Positions 16,496 to 27,944 of a stretch of 36,059 bases of DNA are shown here, one piece after another. This DNA is from a virus (taxonomy: Duplodnaviria; Caudoviricetes), in IMG/VR virus record IMGVR_UViG_3300028128_000005, positions 1 to 36,059 of that record; one strand, 5' to 3'. The notes beneath the pieces were generated by a model that was given only the letters and a program-made list of their open reading frames with translations, did not search any database and had not been told where the DNA came from. The position numbers and the translations under genes were made by a program. Position 1 is the first letter of the stretch. Every line of letters starts with the position of its first letter.

Positions 16496-18823
16496 ATGAA
16501 AGAATATAACAGTACATATATAGGAATCGTCGTTCAAAATAACGATCCAGATCAAAGAGGTAGGGTTAAAGTCTTTGTACCTCATATTTCTGGAACGGTT
16601 TATAGTAAATGGATAGAAGATAAGACAGATAAAAAATATAAATTTATCGGGTTTAATATTGATTCAGATTTAACATCAGTTTTAGAAGATTTAAAACTGG
16701 TATTACCATGGTGTGAAATATGTTCACCTTTAACAAGTGAGAATAGTTCAGGTAGGTTTAACGATTTTAATTACCATGCTAATACATCTGATGGTAATTT
16801 TTACTCTAATTTCGCAGCGTCATCTGGCTCTAAACCTGGTTCAGTTTATGAAAATGCAAACGCTAGATTAGAAGACGCATTTGCAGGTGATGTTAATAAT
16901 GTTAATAACCCGAACCCGTATAGTTATATGTATAAACCGACAACATATACTAACGGAGCAAAAGGTGCATTTGGTATACCAGCAGTTGGTGCACATGTGT
17001 ATGTATTTTTTAGAGATGGTAATCCGAATTTCCCAGTTGTAACTGGTGTTAGTTATGGTTCAGATGATTGGAATGGTATCTACAACGAACCTCAAGATTA
17101 TCCTGGTAAGTTTGAAAATTATCCAGAACCCTTAACTGAAGTAGATCAAAATGTTGAAAATTACAGAAACAAATATGTCCTCAATCAAAAAGGAGGTACT
17201 TTTGAAATTGTCAATTCTGATTTAAATGAAAAAATTAAATTAACCCATTATAGTGGTTCGTTTAAAGAATTTAATAATAATGTTAATATTGAACTAGCTA
17301 CAAAAAATGATCAAAAATTGGTATTAAATGATAGTTTTGATACAGTTCAAGGTTTTAAAAATTCGTATACTGGTAAAGATTTTGATGAAATAATTAAGCG
17401 GGATAAATATAAAAAAGTTGGTACTTTAAATACCGAATATTTCGATAAATGGAAAGATATTGTAGCTGTTATACAAAACAACAAGCAGTTATTTGAAATT
17501 AAACGTACAAATAATAATAATATACTTAACGCTAACGGTGCTATAATGGTTAAGCGTAATAGTACTGAGCAATCTAGAGTTGGAGATTTTATAAACTTCC
17601 CGGTTACAGATGGTAAGTACGAATATAAAGCTTTAAAGAATGAAGATATACAACCTGGTAACGGTTTTGGTAAATTCTCTACTAGTACATTTGATGGACC
17701 TACAGGTATGAATGATTTAAAAACTGTAGCTCAATCAACAACAACCGCGCCTATTGTTTCAAGATGGGTAAATGAAAGTGGTAGAGATTGGTTAAATGGT
17801 AAAGGTAAACATCTTTCAACACAAAATGGTGAATGGGACGTTGAAACAAAAAAAGATAAATTACAGTCGTTAATTGAAGATAATTTAGAAGATTTAATTA
17901 AAATAGAAAATGAATTAGGTCTTGGTGGTAGTGAAGTTATTGAAATAACTAAGCATAAGTTAGAAACTATCGGAGTTCTTATGAATGATTTCGGTAGTAT
18001 ACGGCTGGATAATATCGGTAAATCAATAAACAATGAAGTTTTAGTTGATGATGATGGTGTATATGTAAATCAATCTGATAGCCCATTACTTGAATATGTA
18101 CATGTTCAAGATCTACCTGGCGGTAATTCAACGTTAAATGTATGCAATAGATATAACGTAATGGTTGGGGCAGGTGGGTTACATCTAAAAACATACGGAC
18201 CTATAAATATGTCAGGAACCATAACTAATATAGCTGGGGAACAAATTAATTTAGGTTCAGAAAATGAAATTAATATAGATGCTAAAACTATTAATATTAG
18301 TGCTGAAATATTAAACATGAGAAACAAACGTCAAAGACAGATTATAATTGAAAACAGTCTCGGGGTTAATAAAAATTTAGTTGTTGGTGGTGGGTTACAT
18401 GTAGAAGGTGAAACATTCTTACAGCATGTTACTGCTCCAAGAGAGTTTCAATTAACCGAACAGACAACTGTTTTTGCTAAACTGTTAACAGGTCTACAAT
18501 TTAAAGTAAATATTAAAGGTGGTACACATGTAGATGCAGCAGATAGTTCTGATAACCATAATAGTTGGACCGGTGGTACAATAACTCTTATAGCAGATAG
18601 TAATGATGATAAAGTTAGATGCTATGAACATTCTCATGCCTTTGCAAATTTACCATTAACCTTAGTAGATAATAATACAAGATTGAGAGAAATTGCTAAA
18701 GAAGTTAATTCTGGTAGTGATAGATCAATATCTAGACCTCAACATAATGAGAAAAAATCTAATTTTGGTCCAGGTAAAGGTAATTACCAAGATAACGATA
18801 AACCTACTAAAGGTGATACCTAA
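16496..18823 (+). CDS. gp5: gp5/VgrG-like baseplate hub and spike protein
   Basis: OB-fold motifs GIVVQNNDPDQRGRVKV and PAVGAHVYVFFRDGNPNFPVV; beta-rich C-terminus; HSH near the end. Confidence 0.8.
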   Translation: MKEYNSTYIGIVVQNNDPDQRGRVKVFVPHISGTVYSKWIEDKTDKKYKFIGFNIDSDLTSVLEDLKLVLPWCEICSPLTSENSSGRFNDFNYHANTSDGNFYSNFAASSGSKPGSVYENANARLEDAFAGDVNNVNNPNPYSYMYKPTTYTNGAKGAFGIPAVGAHVYVFFRDGNPNFPVVTGVSYGSDDWNGIYNEPQDYPGKFENYPEPLTEVDQNVENYRNKYVLNQKGGTFEIVNSDLNEKIKLTHYSGSFKEFNNNVNIELATKNDQKLVLNDSFDTVQGFKNSYTGKDFDEIIKRDKYKKVGTLNTEYFDKWKDIVAVIQNNKQLFEIKRTNNNNILNANGAIMVKRNSTEQSRVGDFINFPVTDGKYEYKALKNEDIQPGNGFGKFSTSTFDGPTGMNDLKTVAQSTTTAPIVSRWVNESGRDWLNGKGKHLSTQNGEWDVETKKDKLQSLIEDNLEDLIKIENELGLGGSEVIEITKHKLETIGVLMNDFGSIRLDNIGKSINNEVLVDDDGVYVNQSDSPLLEYVHVQDLPGGNSTLNVCNRYNVMVGAGGLHLKTYGPINMSGTITNIAGEQINLGSENEINIDAKTINISAEILNMRNKRQRQIIIENSLGVNKNLVVGGGLHVEGETFLQHVTAPREFQLTEQTTVFAKLLTGLQFKVNIKGGTHVDAADSSDNHNSWTGGTITLIADSNDDKVRCYEHSHAFANLPLTLVDNNTRLREIAKEVNSGSDRSISRPQHNEKKSNFGPGKGNYQDNDKPTKGDT

Positions 18824-18905
18824 TTTAAATCCAATAATTTTTATTAGATTAATTTAATGATTTCAATTAGATTCCCTAATAAATCTCTTAAATATAAACA
18901 TATAT

Positions 18906-19199
18906 ATGGACTCTAGAGAAAAAACTCGTCTCGATAGAATTGAAGAAAAGATTGATAAGATGGCAGAAGCTGTTGTATCTTTAGCCCGTGCTGAAGAAAA
19001 AATTCTTAGTCTCAACACTACAACACACACTATATTAAAGCGGCTTGTTGAATATGAGACACGTATGAGAGAAGTTGAACAGAAAGCAGCTGAATCAGAA
19101 TCAAAACTTAAATCAATTACAGCATTTATATGGACTATAGTTACAGCTGTAACAGCGGCTATAGTCAGTGGGATTGCTTGGTTTAATGGTAGTAATTAG
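18906..19199 (+). CDS. Coiled-coil protein with a C-terminal TM helix (XhlA/holin-like)
   Basis: RLDRIEEKIDKM coiled coil; TM AFIWTIVTAVTAAIVSGIAWF. Confidence 0.6.
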   Translation: MDSREKTRLDRIEEKIDKMAEAVVSLARAEEKILSLNTTTHTILKRLVEYETRMREVEQKAAESESKLKSITAFIWTIVTAVTAAIVSGIAWFNGSN

Positions 19200-19201
19200 T
19201 A

Positions 19202-19387
19202 TTATCTTTTAGGTAAACTAGTAACCCATTTTGTTCTGTAGTTTTTCGTCCACAAAAAAACCGCTTTATTGTATCCAATATCGCGGCCTACTTTCTCTGA
19301 TTCAATCCATTTTAATTTTTCGATCTCTTGCTGTTCTTGCTTGAGAAACCGATAATAGCTTGAATTACTAAAATTGATATCAGACAT
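19202..19387 (-). CDS. Small DUF4032-like protein
   Basis: EIEKLKWIESEKVGRDIGYNKAVFLW; ATTAAATA late box upstream. Confidence 0.65.
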   Translation of the reverse strand: MSDINFSNSSYYRFLKQEQQEIEKLKWIESEKVGRDIGYNKAVFLWTKNYRTKWVTSLPKR

Positions 19388-19579
19388 TACATTAGTATTT
19401 AATCTATTTCGATACATAAAATATACAATCATCATGGTTAAACTGCATGTAGCACCAAATATATAATTTGTTAATAAAATAACATTAATGCCTATTGTAT
19501 CTATAGTATATATACAAGCGCAAATATATCCAGCTAAAGATAGTATAAAGAGTGATATACTTATATCATCTACTCGTTT
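19388..19579 (-). pseudogene. N-terminally truncated PQ-loop/SemiSWEET-like membrane gene remnant
   Basis: Open frame KRVDDISISLFILSLAGYICACIYTIDTIGINVILLTNYIFGATCSLTMMIVYFMYR with no upstream ATG and no PQ motif. Confidence 0.5.
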
Positions 19580-19791
19580 TTCTCGATTGGAACTATTAAA
19601 CCATTCTCTTCGATATATGTTAGAAGCTCTTCTTCTGTATCAGCAATCACCATAATATGTGGTGATGATGTATACCCACTGCATTGAAATGGACCTTCTA
19701 TTACAATTTTTGTTTCATCATTATATAGTATCCACCACTGCTCTTGAGTCGTTTCGATATTATCGACATTTGTTATTTTTTGTATTGCCAT
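19570..19791 (-). CDS. Hypothetical protein, 73 aa, downstream of the LRR gene
   Basis: Starts 4 nt after the LRR stop codon. Confidence 0.7.
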   Translation of the reverse strand: MAIQKITNVDNIETTQEQWWILYNDETKIVIEGPFQCSGYTSSPHIMVIADTEEELLTYIEENGLIVPIEKNE

Positions 19792-19795
19792 GATA

Positions 19796-21250
19796 TTAAT
19801 TTGTTGTTACACTCCAACCTCTTGAAAGTAATGTTTGTTTATCAGTTAATCCTTGTCCTGTTGGTGCAGCATTTCCCGGATCACCTAAATTTAAAGTACC
19901 ATTCGTCGCACCCGCGGCAACGAAATCTGCTAAAATGGCATTTACCGCTGTTGCAGTTAATTGATTGCTATTTGCTCTAAAAGTTTTTAAACTTACTGGT
20001 ACCGAACCAGCCACGTATCCAGTGAGGTCATTGGTGTGACAATCAAAATAAACCAACTCTGTATTATCACTTAAATCTGGGATAGAGCCAGTGAGTTGAT
20101 TATTTAAACAGTTAAATATTTCAAGCACTGTATTGTTGCTTAAACTTGGAATATTACCAGTGAGTTGATTATTGAAACACTTAAAATTTATAAGCGGTGT
20201 ATTATCACTTAAATCTGGAATTGAGCCAGTGAGTTGATTATCGTAACACGCAAAACTTGTAAGCGCTGTATTATCACTTAAATCTGGGATAGAGCCAGTG
20301 AGTTGATTATTGCGACACGTAAAATTTATAAGCGCTGTATTATCACTTAAATCTGGGATAGAGCCAGTGAGTTGATTAAAACCACATTTAAAAGTTCCAA
20401 GCGCTGTATTGTTGTTTAAACTTGGAATATTACCAGTGAGTTGATTACTACGACAGTTAAATATTTCAAGCACTGTATTGTTGCTTAAACTTGGAATATT
20501 ACCAGTGAGTTGATTTTTGAAACACTTAAAAGTTCCAAGCACTGTATTGTTGCTTAAACTTGGAATATTACCAGTGAGTTGATTATCGGAACACGCAAAA
20601 TTTGTAAGCGCTGTATTGTTGCTTAAACTTGGAATATTACCAGTGAGTTGATTATCGCGACACGTAAAATAAACCAACTCTGTATTATCACTTAAATCTG
20701 GGATAGAGCCAGTGAGTTGATTATCGCGACACGTAAAATAAACCAACTCTGTATTATTACTTAAATCTGGGATAGAGCCAGTGAGTTGATTATTGCGACA
20801 CTTAAAATAAACCAACTCTGTATTATTACTTAAATCTGGGATAGAGCCAGTGAGTTGATTATCACCAACTACAAAATTAACTAAAGCTGTGTTATCACTT
20901 AAATCTGGAACATTACCAGTCATTGGATTCTCTGAACAACGAAAATCTTCAAGATTAGTATAGGTAGATAAATTCGATATAGATGTTATCAAGTTATTAT
21001 CAAGTGATATTTTTTTTACACCTAATGGCATGTATTGATTTACTGTTCCTTGTAACTTGTTATAATTTAAAGATAACTCTTCAAGGTTACTATTAGGAGG
21101 AAAAATAAAATTTTGAATATCATTTTCATTCACACTAAGACTAACTAGACTATCAAACCCAGTTACATCTACAACACCACTTAATCTGGGAGTAGATGCA
21201 CCTAAATCTATAGATTCTATTGTTTGAGGTGATGTTAAACTTAATATCAT
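19796..21250 (-). CDS. Leucine-rich repeat protein with plant-type (GxIP) 23-aa repeats
   Basis: 13 units of NQLTG(S/N)IP(D/S)LSxNTxLxxFxCxx; TATAAATA 6 nt before ATG. Confidence 0.9.
   Translation of the reverse strand: MILSLTSPQTIESIDLGASTPRLSGVVDVTGFDSLVSLSVNENDIQNFIFPPNSNLEELSLNYNKLQGTVNQYMPLGVKKISLDNNLITSISNLSTYTNLEDFRCSENPMTGNVPDLSDNTALVNFVVGDNQLTGSIPDLSNNTELVYFKCRNNQLTGSIPDLSNNTELVYFTCRDNQLTGSIPDLSDNTELVYFTCRDNQLTGNIPSLSNNTALTNFACSDNQLTGNIPSLSNNTVLGTFKCFKNQLTGNIPSLSNNTVLEIFNCRSNQLTGNIPSLNNNTALGTFKCGFNQLTGSIPDLSDNTALINFTCRNNQLTGSIPDLSDNTALTSFACYDNQLTGSIPDLSDNTPLINFKCFNNQLTGNIPSLSNNTVLEIFNCLNNQLTGSIPDLSDNTELVYFDCHTNDLTGYVAGSVPVSLKTFRANSNQLTATAVNAILADFVAAGATNGTLNLGDPGNAAPTGQGLTDKQTLLSRGWSVTTN
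20019..20930. repeat. 69-nt tandem repeat array encoding the LRR units
   Basis: CCAGTGAGTTGATT recurs 12 times at a 69-nt period from 20088 to 20847; degenerate copies at 20019 and 20916. Confidence 0.95.
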
Positions 21251-21259
21251 TATAAGTAT

Positions 21260-21523
21260 TTATATATCGATATATTTATCAATAGATGTTTTTAATTCTT
21301 TACCGATAATTATACCTTTTAACCTATCTAACTCAACATTATTTTTTGTTATAATTGTTGTTGGTATAGATGTAATGTCATATTTTTTTGTTATATCAGC
21401 ATTGTCATCTATATCTACTTCTTTTACAGTTATATCGGAATATTTTGATATAACATCATCAAAAATAATTTTATATGTCTTGCAAGGACCACACCATTTT
21501 GCTGAGAATTTAATAATTTCCAT
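21260..21523 (-). CDS. trxA: Thioredoxin
   Basis: FSAKWCGPCK, SIPT. Confidence 0.9.
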   Translation of the reverse strand: MEIIKFSAKWCGPCKTYKIIFDDVISKYSDITVKEVDIDDNADITKKYDITSIPTTIITKNNVELDRLKGIIIGKELKTSIDKYIDI

Positions 21524-21562
21524 GTATCAATATTTAGTTAATATACAGAGATTATCAATATT

Positions 21563-21606
21563 CTAAACGCTAAAAACCCACCATCCATCCCCTATTTAGC
21601 GTTTAG
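21563..21606. other. 12-bp inverted repeat with a strongly skewed 20-nt loop
   Basis: CTAAACGCTAAA-AACCCACCATCCATCCCCTA-TTTAGCGTTTAG. Confidence 0.6.
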
Positions 21607-21634
21607 TTATGCCCCGGCCTATTTTTATTTATAG

Positions 21635-22051
21635 TTATATGGTGTATTTCTTAATGTATTCCTCTTTTTTTCTACGTGGAGCATTAACTTCTAACATACC
21701 ATCTTCATAGTTAAACTTAATCTTTTTAAGATCATAGTCTCTACCTACTGAAAACGAGCGATTGAGTGTTAGTTGTTTTTCACTATCATTATTTTTAATA
21801 GTGCGTTTAGCTTTAATGTAAACATCTCTGGTGTCAGAATCAACACTCAGATCAAGATCTTCTTTCTTACAACCTGGTATGTCGATTTGTACTGCGAGAC
21901 CATCATCACCTTGTGAAAAGCGGACAGTATCACCTGTAATGTATACTTCTTCCAGGTTATGGAAGATAGGAGTTAAATTGAACATGTTTTCTAATGCAGA
22001 TTCAATGTTTGTTATTGGGTTTGTACCTCTATATGTAGTTAGTTTAGTCAT
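21635..22051 (-). CDS. Small heat shock protein (Hsp20/alpha-crystallin)
   Basis: IDIPGCKKEDLDLSV, RSFSV, YEDGMLEVNAPR. Confidence 0.85.
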   Translation of the reverse strand: MTKLTTYRGTNPITNIESALENMFNLTPIFHNLEEVYITGDTVRFSQGDDGLAVQIDIPGCKKEDLDLSVDSDTRDVYIKAKRTIKNNDSEKQLTLNRSFSVGRDYDLKKIKFNYEDGMLEVNAPRRKKEEYIKKYTI

Positions 22052-22089
22052 AGAATATTATTTATTACCTCTAGTTTGTTTTTCAATTG

Positions 22090-23805
<1,716 letters not shown>

Positions 23806-23833
23806 TTATTTATATTAAATCAGAAGGTAAGCA

Positions 23834-24895
23834 TTAAAGATCAAAGTCATTAAACTCTTCTTCTCCAATCTCTGTATCTCGAGCTCCGATTTTATAAGAG
23901 CTAATTTCCGTCTCTTGCGGAGCTACTTGAACCTTAGAGCTATCTGAAAAGCTATTCAACCAACCACCAATTGGGTTAGTAGGCTGATCAAAGATCTTAT
24001 CATAGCCAAGAGAACGTAATCTTGTATTAGTTAACCATTCAATATAACCGCTGAGCATTTCAGCATTCAATCCTAATAGTGAACCTTGAGAAAATAGATA
24101 TTCTCCCCACTTCTTCTCGTTCTCTGCAGCTAAGCCATACATATCGTAAATCTTCTGCTTATTATCTTTCATTATTTGCTGGAAGCCTTCACTCTTATCT
24201 TCCTTCCAATACTTCATAATATTTTGAGTAATTGCAGCATGTAAATTTTCATCACGAGCAATTAATCCAATAATCTTAGCATTACCTTCCATCTTACCTC
24301 TATAACCGAAGAAGAACGAGCATGCAAATGATGTGTAGAATGATAAACCTTCAGTAATTTGAGTAGAAAGAATGGCATTAAAGATCTTCTGCTTAATATC
24401 ACCTGAATCATCTCCGAGTAATTGATTATATGCAGAACTAGCTTCAGCAGCACGTTTAACAATTTCCTTATCCTCTAGAATAGAATCAAAAAATCCCGTA
24501 GCATCTTTAGTAATATTTTGTAGAGTATATGTATACGAATAGCTATGAATAGTTTCAAATCTAGCCCAAGTAGTCATACAGATTTCTAATTCAGGATTAG
24601 AAACATAATTTTTAATATTATGAATACTTCTAGATAACATACTATCAGTCATAGTTTGCCATCTAAGATTACTATTAAAAATAAACTTTTCAGTATCTGT
24701 TAGGTTTTCATAATCACTACGATCCTTTGTAAGAGAGACTTCTTCTGGTAGCCAGTGAAACTCTTCTTGCTTTCTCCATAGGTCGAAGAACTTCGGATAT
24801 TTAAACCTATCGTAACGTTGAAGAGCTAGATCCTCTCCAAGAAACATCGGCTGTTTTGTTGTGTCAATATTCTTTAAATTTAGTACAGTTTCCAT
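23834..24895 (-). CDS. nrdB: Class Ia ribonucleotide reductase beta subunit
   Basis: WLPEEV, TDS, ETIHSYSY (radical Tyr), EGLSFY, RDENLH, VAPQETE. Confidence 0.96.
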   Translation of the reverse strand: METVLNLKNIDTTKQPMFLGEDLALQRYDRFKYPKFFDLWRKQEEFHWLPEEVSLTKDRSDYENLTDTEKFIFNSNLRWQTMTDSMLSRSIHNIKNYVSNPELEICMTTWARFETIHSYSYTYTLQNITKDATGFFDSILEDKEIVKRAAEASSAYNQLLGDDSGDIKQKIFNAILSTQITEGLSFYTSFACSFFFGYRGKMEGNAKIIGLIARDENLHAAITQNIMKYWKEDKSEGFQQIMKDNKQKIYDMYGLAAENEKKWGEYLFSQGSLLGLNAEMLSGYIEWLTNTRLRSLGYDKIFDQPTNPIGGWLNSFSDSSKVQVAPQETEISSYKIGARDTEIGEEEFNDFDL

Positions 24896-24911
24896 ATTTA
24901 TATATCTTTAT

Positions 24912-27176
24912 TTATAATGCGCATGCTCCAGATTCACAACCATTATCCGATTGTTCCTCACCACTAGAACTTTGCTTATCACCATCGTCAGTATTATTAT
25001 AATATCCTGTTCTCCAGCCTAATTTATAAGCAAGAAGAATCTCTTTAATAACTTTAGAGTCAGGTAGAGCTCCATTTTCATAATGTTCGTAATTATAGTA
25101 CATATTAGCACTAATACTCATATCTACCCATTTCTGTAATGCTCCTACAATCTTAATAAGCCCGGCATTATCTTCCATTTCATACGCTAGAGTATATTTA
25201 TTTTTTAAAGAACTATAATTAGGTACGATAACTGGTAATGTACGAGCTTTAGATTTCTTATATGTAATATAAGATCTAATAGGTTCTATACCATTCGTTG
25301 AACACTGTATTACAGAAGAGCTCTCGCACGGCATGATAGCCGATACAGTACTATGACGTAAGCCATGCTCTTTAATTCTCTCTCTTAAGCCTTCCCAGTC
25401 CATTGAATTCTTACGAGTAACAAATTCGTCGATTTCCTTCTTATAAGTATCAATTGGCAACCAACCTTGACTGTATTTAGTCTTATGATATTTCGGGCAT
25501 TTACCCTTTTCGCTAGCAATATTGCATGAAGAACTGAGAAGATAATATTGTACCTTTTCCATCAACTCGTCAGCTACATTAGGAGCTTCCTCATCAGTAT
25601 ACTTAACACCAGCTTTTGCAAGATATGCTGCGAAGTTTGTAATACCAATACCTAAAGATCTTCTATTCTTAGTAAAGTTTTCAGCAGCAGGTAAGAAGTA
25701 ATCTTGATAATCAATTAATTGATCTAAGATACGTACGATAATATCACATACCTTTTCCATCTCTGCATCAGATTGAATCTCTAAAACGTTAATTGCAGAT
25801 AAAATACAAATACCGATTTCAGCATCCTTATCATCAGTATGTTGTAACGGTTTAGTAGGGTGTAACACTTCAACACAAAGATTAGTCATCTTAATATCAT
25901 CATTCCATGCAGATCGTTGATTACAATGATCAATATTCATGAAGTATATACGACCAGTTTCAACACGCTCTTTAACAAAAAGAGACATCATTTCCCTAGC
26001 TTTAACAGTCTTCTTAAATTTAAGACTAGTCTTACGCTCATATTGCTCATAAAGCTCATCAAAATTCTCATGACCAAATGCATCATAAAGATCCTTAGCT
26101 TCGTTAGGTGAAAACAATGTAATATTTTCATTCTTTAAGAATCTCTTATAAAAGAGCTCACTGAATTGAATACAATAATCTAGCTTACGAACTCGGTTAT
26201 CATCAGTACCGGAATTATTCTTAAGCACCAGCATGTCTTCTGCTTCATAATGCCAGAAAGGAAAGTTAACTGTAGCTGACCCACCTCTAATGCCATTCTG
26301 ATGACATGACTTAACTGTAGATTCCATTAACTTTAAGAATGGAATAACACCAGTATGCATAACTTCACCATTACGAATTGGTGAGTTGATAGGGCGAACC
26401 CGGCCAATATTTAATCCAATACCGTAACGAGAACCAGTTGCATAACCTGCTGCGGTAGATGATGAGAAGATAGATGGTAATGTATCATCGATATCGATCA
26501 AGCAGCAAGATGCATATTGTCTAATCTTACTACGTACACCTGCCATTAATGGTGTTGGTAGATTGATCTTAAACTTAGAGAAATAATCATATGCTTTCTT
26601 TACATACTGTACGCGAGCTGAACCGGTATATTGACCGAAGCATACCATTGCAATAATCATATAAGCAAATTGAGGAGTCTCGAAAATTTTAGTATTAGAT
26701 CTATCTTGAATTAGATATTTGTCACAAAGTTGCCGCATACCTGCATATGTAAAGAGGTTATCACGATCATGAGCGATATACTCATCTAGCTTATTAATCT
26801 CTTTGTCTGTATATAACATAAGAATATCTTCATCATATACATCATTCTCATGTACATTCTTATTAATAAAATCTAATAGCTTAGGTGGGTTCTTACCTCC
26901 CCAAACATCTTTACGTAGCTGGTAGGATAATAAGCGGGAAGCAACGTACTGATAGTTCGGTGCATTTAAAGAAATTAAATTAACAGCAGACTCAATTAAT
27001 ACATTATGTATTTCATCAGTCGTAATACCTTCAATCATTTGAAGTTTAGAGTTAATTTCAATATCAGAAGCGGTTACCCCTTTTATATCTTCAACTGCCC
27101 AGTTTACGACTTTATGAATCTTTTCTACGTCATATGGGACGGAATCACCGTTTCTCTTTACAATATTCATATTCAT
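24912..27176 (-). CDS. nrdA: Class Ia ribonucleotide reductase alpha subunit with ATP cone
   Basis: VKRNG, ASCCL, TNLCVE, MPCESSS, C-terminal CESGAC; true start may be 27170 (TGTAAATA, 6 nt, ATG). Confidence 0.97.
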   Translation of the reverse strand: MNMNIVKRNGDSVPYDVEKIHKVVNWAVEDIKGVTASDIEINSKLQMIEGITTDEIHNVLIESAVNLISLNAPNYQYVASRLLSYQLRKDVWGGKNPPKLLDFINKNVHENDVYDEDILMLYTDKEINKLDEYIAHDRDNLFTYAGMRQLCDKYLIQDRSNTKIFETPQFAYMIIAMVCFGQYTGSARVQYVKKAYDYFSKFKINLPTPLMAGVRSKIRQYASCCLIDIDDTLPSIFSSSTAAGYATGSRYGIGLNIGRVRPINSPIRNGEVMHTGVIPFLKLMESTVKSCHQNGIRGGSATVNFPFWHYEAEDMLVLKNNSGTDDNRVRKLDYCIQFSELFYKRFLKNENITLFSPNEAKDLYDAFGHENFDELYEQYERKTSLKFKKTVKAREMMSLFVKERVETGRIYFMNIDHCNQRSAWNDDIKMTNLCVEVLHPTKPLQHTDDKDAEIGICILSAINVLEIQSDAEMEKVCDIIVRILDQLIDYQDYFLPAAENFTKNRRSLGIGITNFAAYLAKAGVKYTDEEAPNVADELMEKVQYYLLSSSCNIASEKGKCPKYHKTKYSQGWLPIDTYKKEIDEFVTRKNSMDWEGLRERIKEHGLRHSTVSAIMPCESSSVIQCSTNGIEPIRSYITYKKSKARTLPVIVPNYSSLKNKYTLAYEMEDNAGLIKIVGALQKWVDMSISANMYYNYEHYENGALPDSKVIKEILLAYKLGWRTGYYNNTDDGDKQSSSGEEQSDNGCESGACAL

Positions 27177-27187
27177 TATTTACAAAG

Positions 27188-27718
27188 TTATACTAAAATT
27201 AATAGCTTAAAGCTACCGAATTTTTGAAAATCAAATTTATGTTCATTTAGGTTTAAAAGATGCTGTAATATCTTATTATCATCTCTTAAACTATTATCAG
27301 TTAGTTCCTTAAAGTGGGTAAAATCTATCGGGTATATTCGCTTATTCAAATACGAATAACTATCATTGCATGATAGATTATATTCAGCTAGAATCTTTTC
27401 ATACCTATCAATATTCATATTGCCTGCTAATTCCTCAGCCAATAGAGTTTTTGCTATATTATTACCTTGTTGGTTAAGGTTAAGAAATAACCCATATAGT
27501 GGTAAAACACTAAATTCATTATCTATTTTTGAGAACCCGTCTTTATTTTCAAATATAAAAAGGCGCTTTTTTGGTTCATACTTTTCACAAATTTCTAAAC
27601 GCTGATTATCATACTCATTTTTTATAGCAAATCCTAAAAATAGAGTAGGCAGCTTTTGATCAAATGCTTTAAATTCCTTAGTGTTTACTGCACATTCAGT
27701 TAGTGTAATATCAATCAT
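27188..27718 (-). CDS. Hypothetical protein, 176 aa
   Basis: Tightly packed ORF in operon. Confidence 0.7.
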   Translation of the reverse strand: MIDITLTECAVNTKEFKAFDQKLPTLFLGFAIKNEYDNQRLEICEKYEPKKRLFIFENKDGFSKIDNEFSVLPLYGLFLNLNQQGNNIAKTLLAEELAGNMNIDRYEKILAEYNLSCNDSYSYLNKRIYPIDFTHFKELTDNSLRDDNKILQHLLNLNEHKFDFQKFGSFKLLILV

Positions 27719-27719
27719 A

Positions 27720-27944
27720 TTACATTTGAATATCTGAAATTAACCGGCCGTTAGTCATATCATATGTACGGGATCTGTTCGTTCCGTTACTCATATGTAT
27801 ACTAACTGTAGTTAAGTCACCAGAAGCAATTGGACCTGAAAACGTGGCTCCTGACGGTAACCCCATTGTTCGTTTTATTGCTCCGTTAGATGGGTCAAAT
27901 ATCTGTAATTTATTACCGTTAATGCGTGGGACTAATATACTCAT
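27720..27944 (-). CDS. Hypothetical protein, 74 aa, beta-rich
   Basis: ATGA overlap with the upstream gene. Confidence 0.65.
   Translation of the reverse strand: MSILVPRINGNKLQIFDPSNGAIKRTMGLPSGATFSGPIASGDLTTVSIHMSNGTNRSRTYDMTNGRLISDIQM

Noticed and set aside
20019-20930. CRISPR array suggested by constant repeats with variable spacers
   Set aside because: Period is exactly 69 nt, in frame within an LRR ORF; the spacers are homologous to each other; no cas genes
19796-21250. Diversity-generating retroelement target
   Set aside because: No reverse transcriptase or separate template repeat in the window; variation is spread over tandem units
23834-27176. Introns or inteins in nrdA/nrdB
   Set aside because: Both ORFs are uninterrupted, of normal length and have catalytic motifs in place
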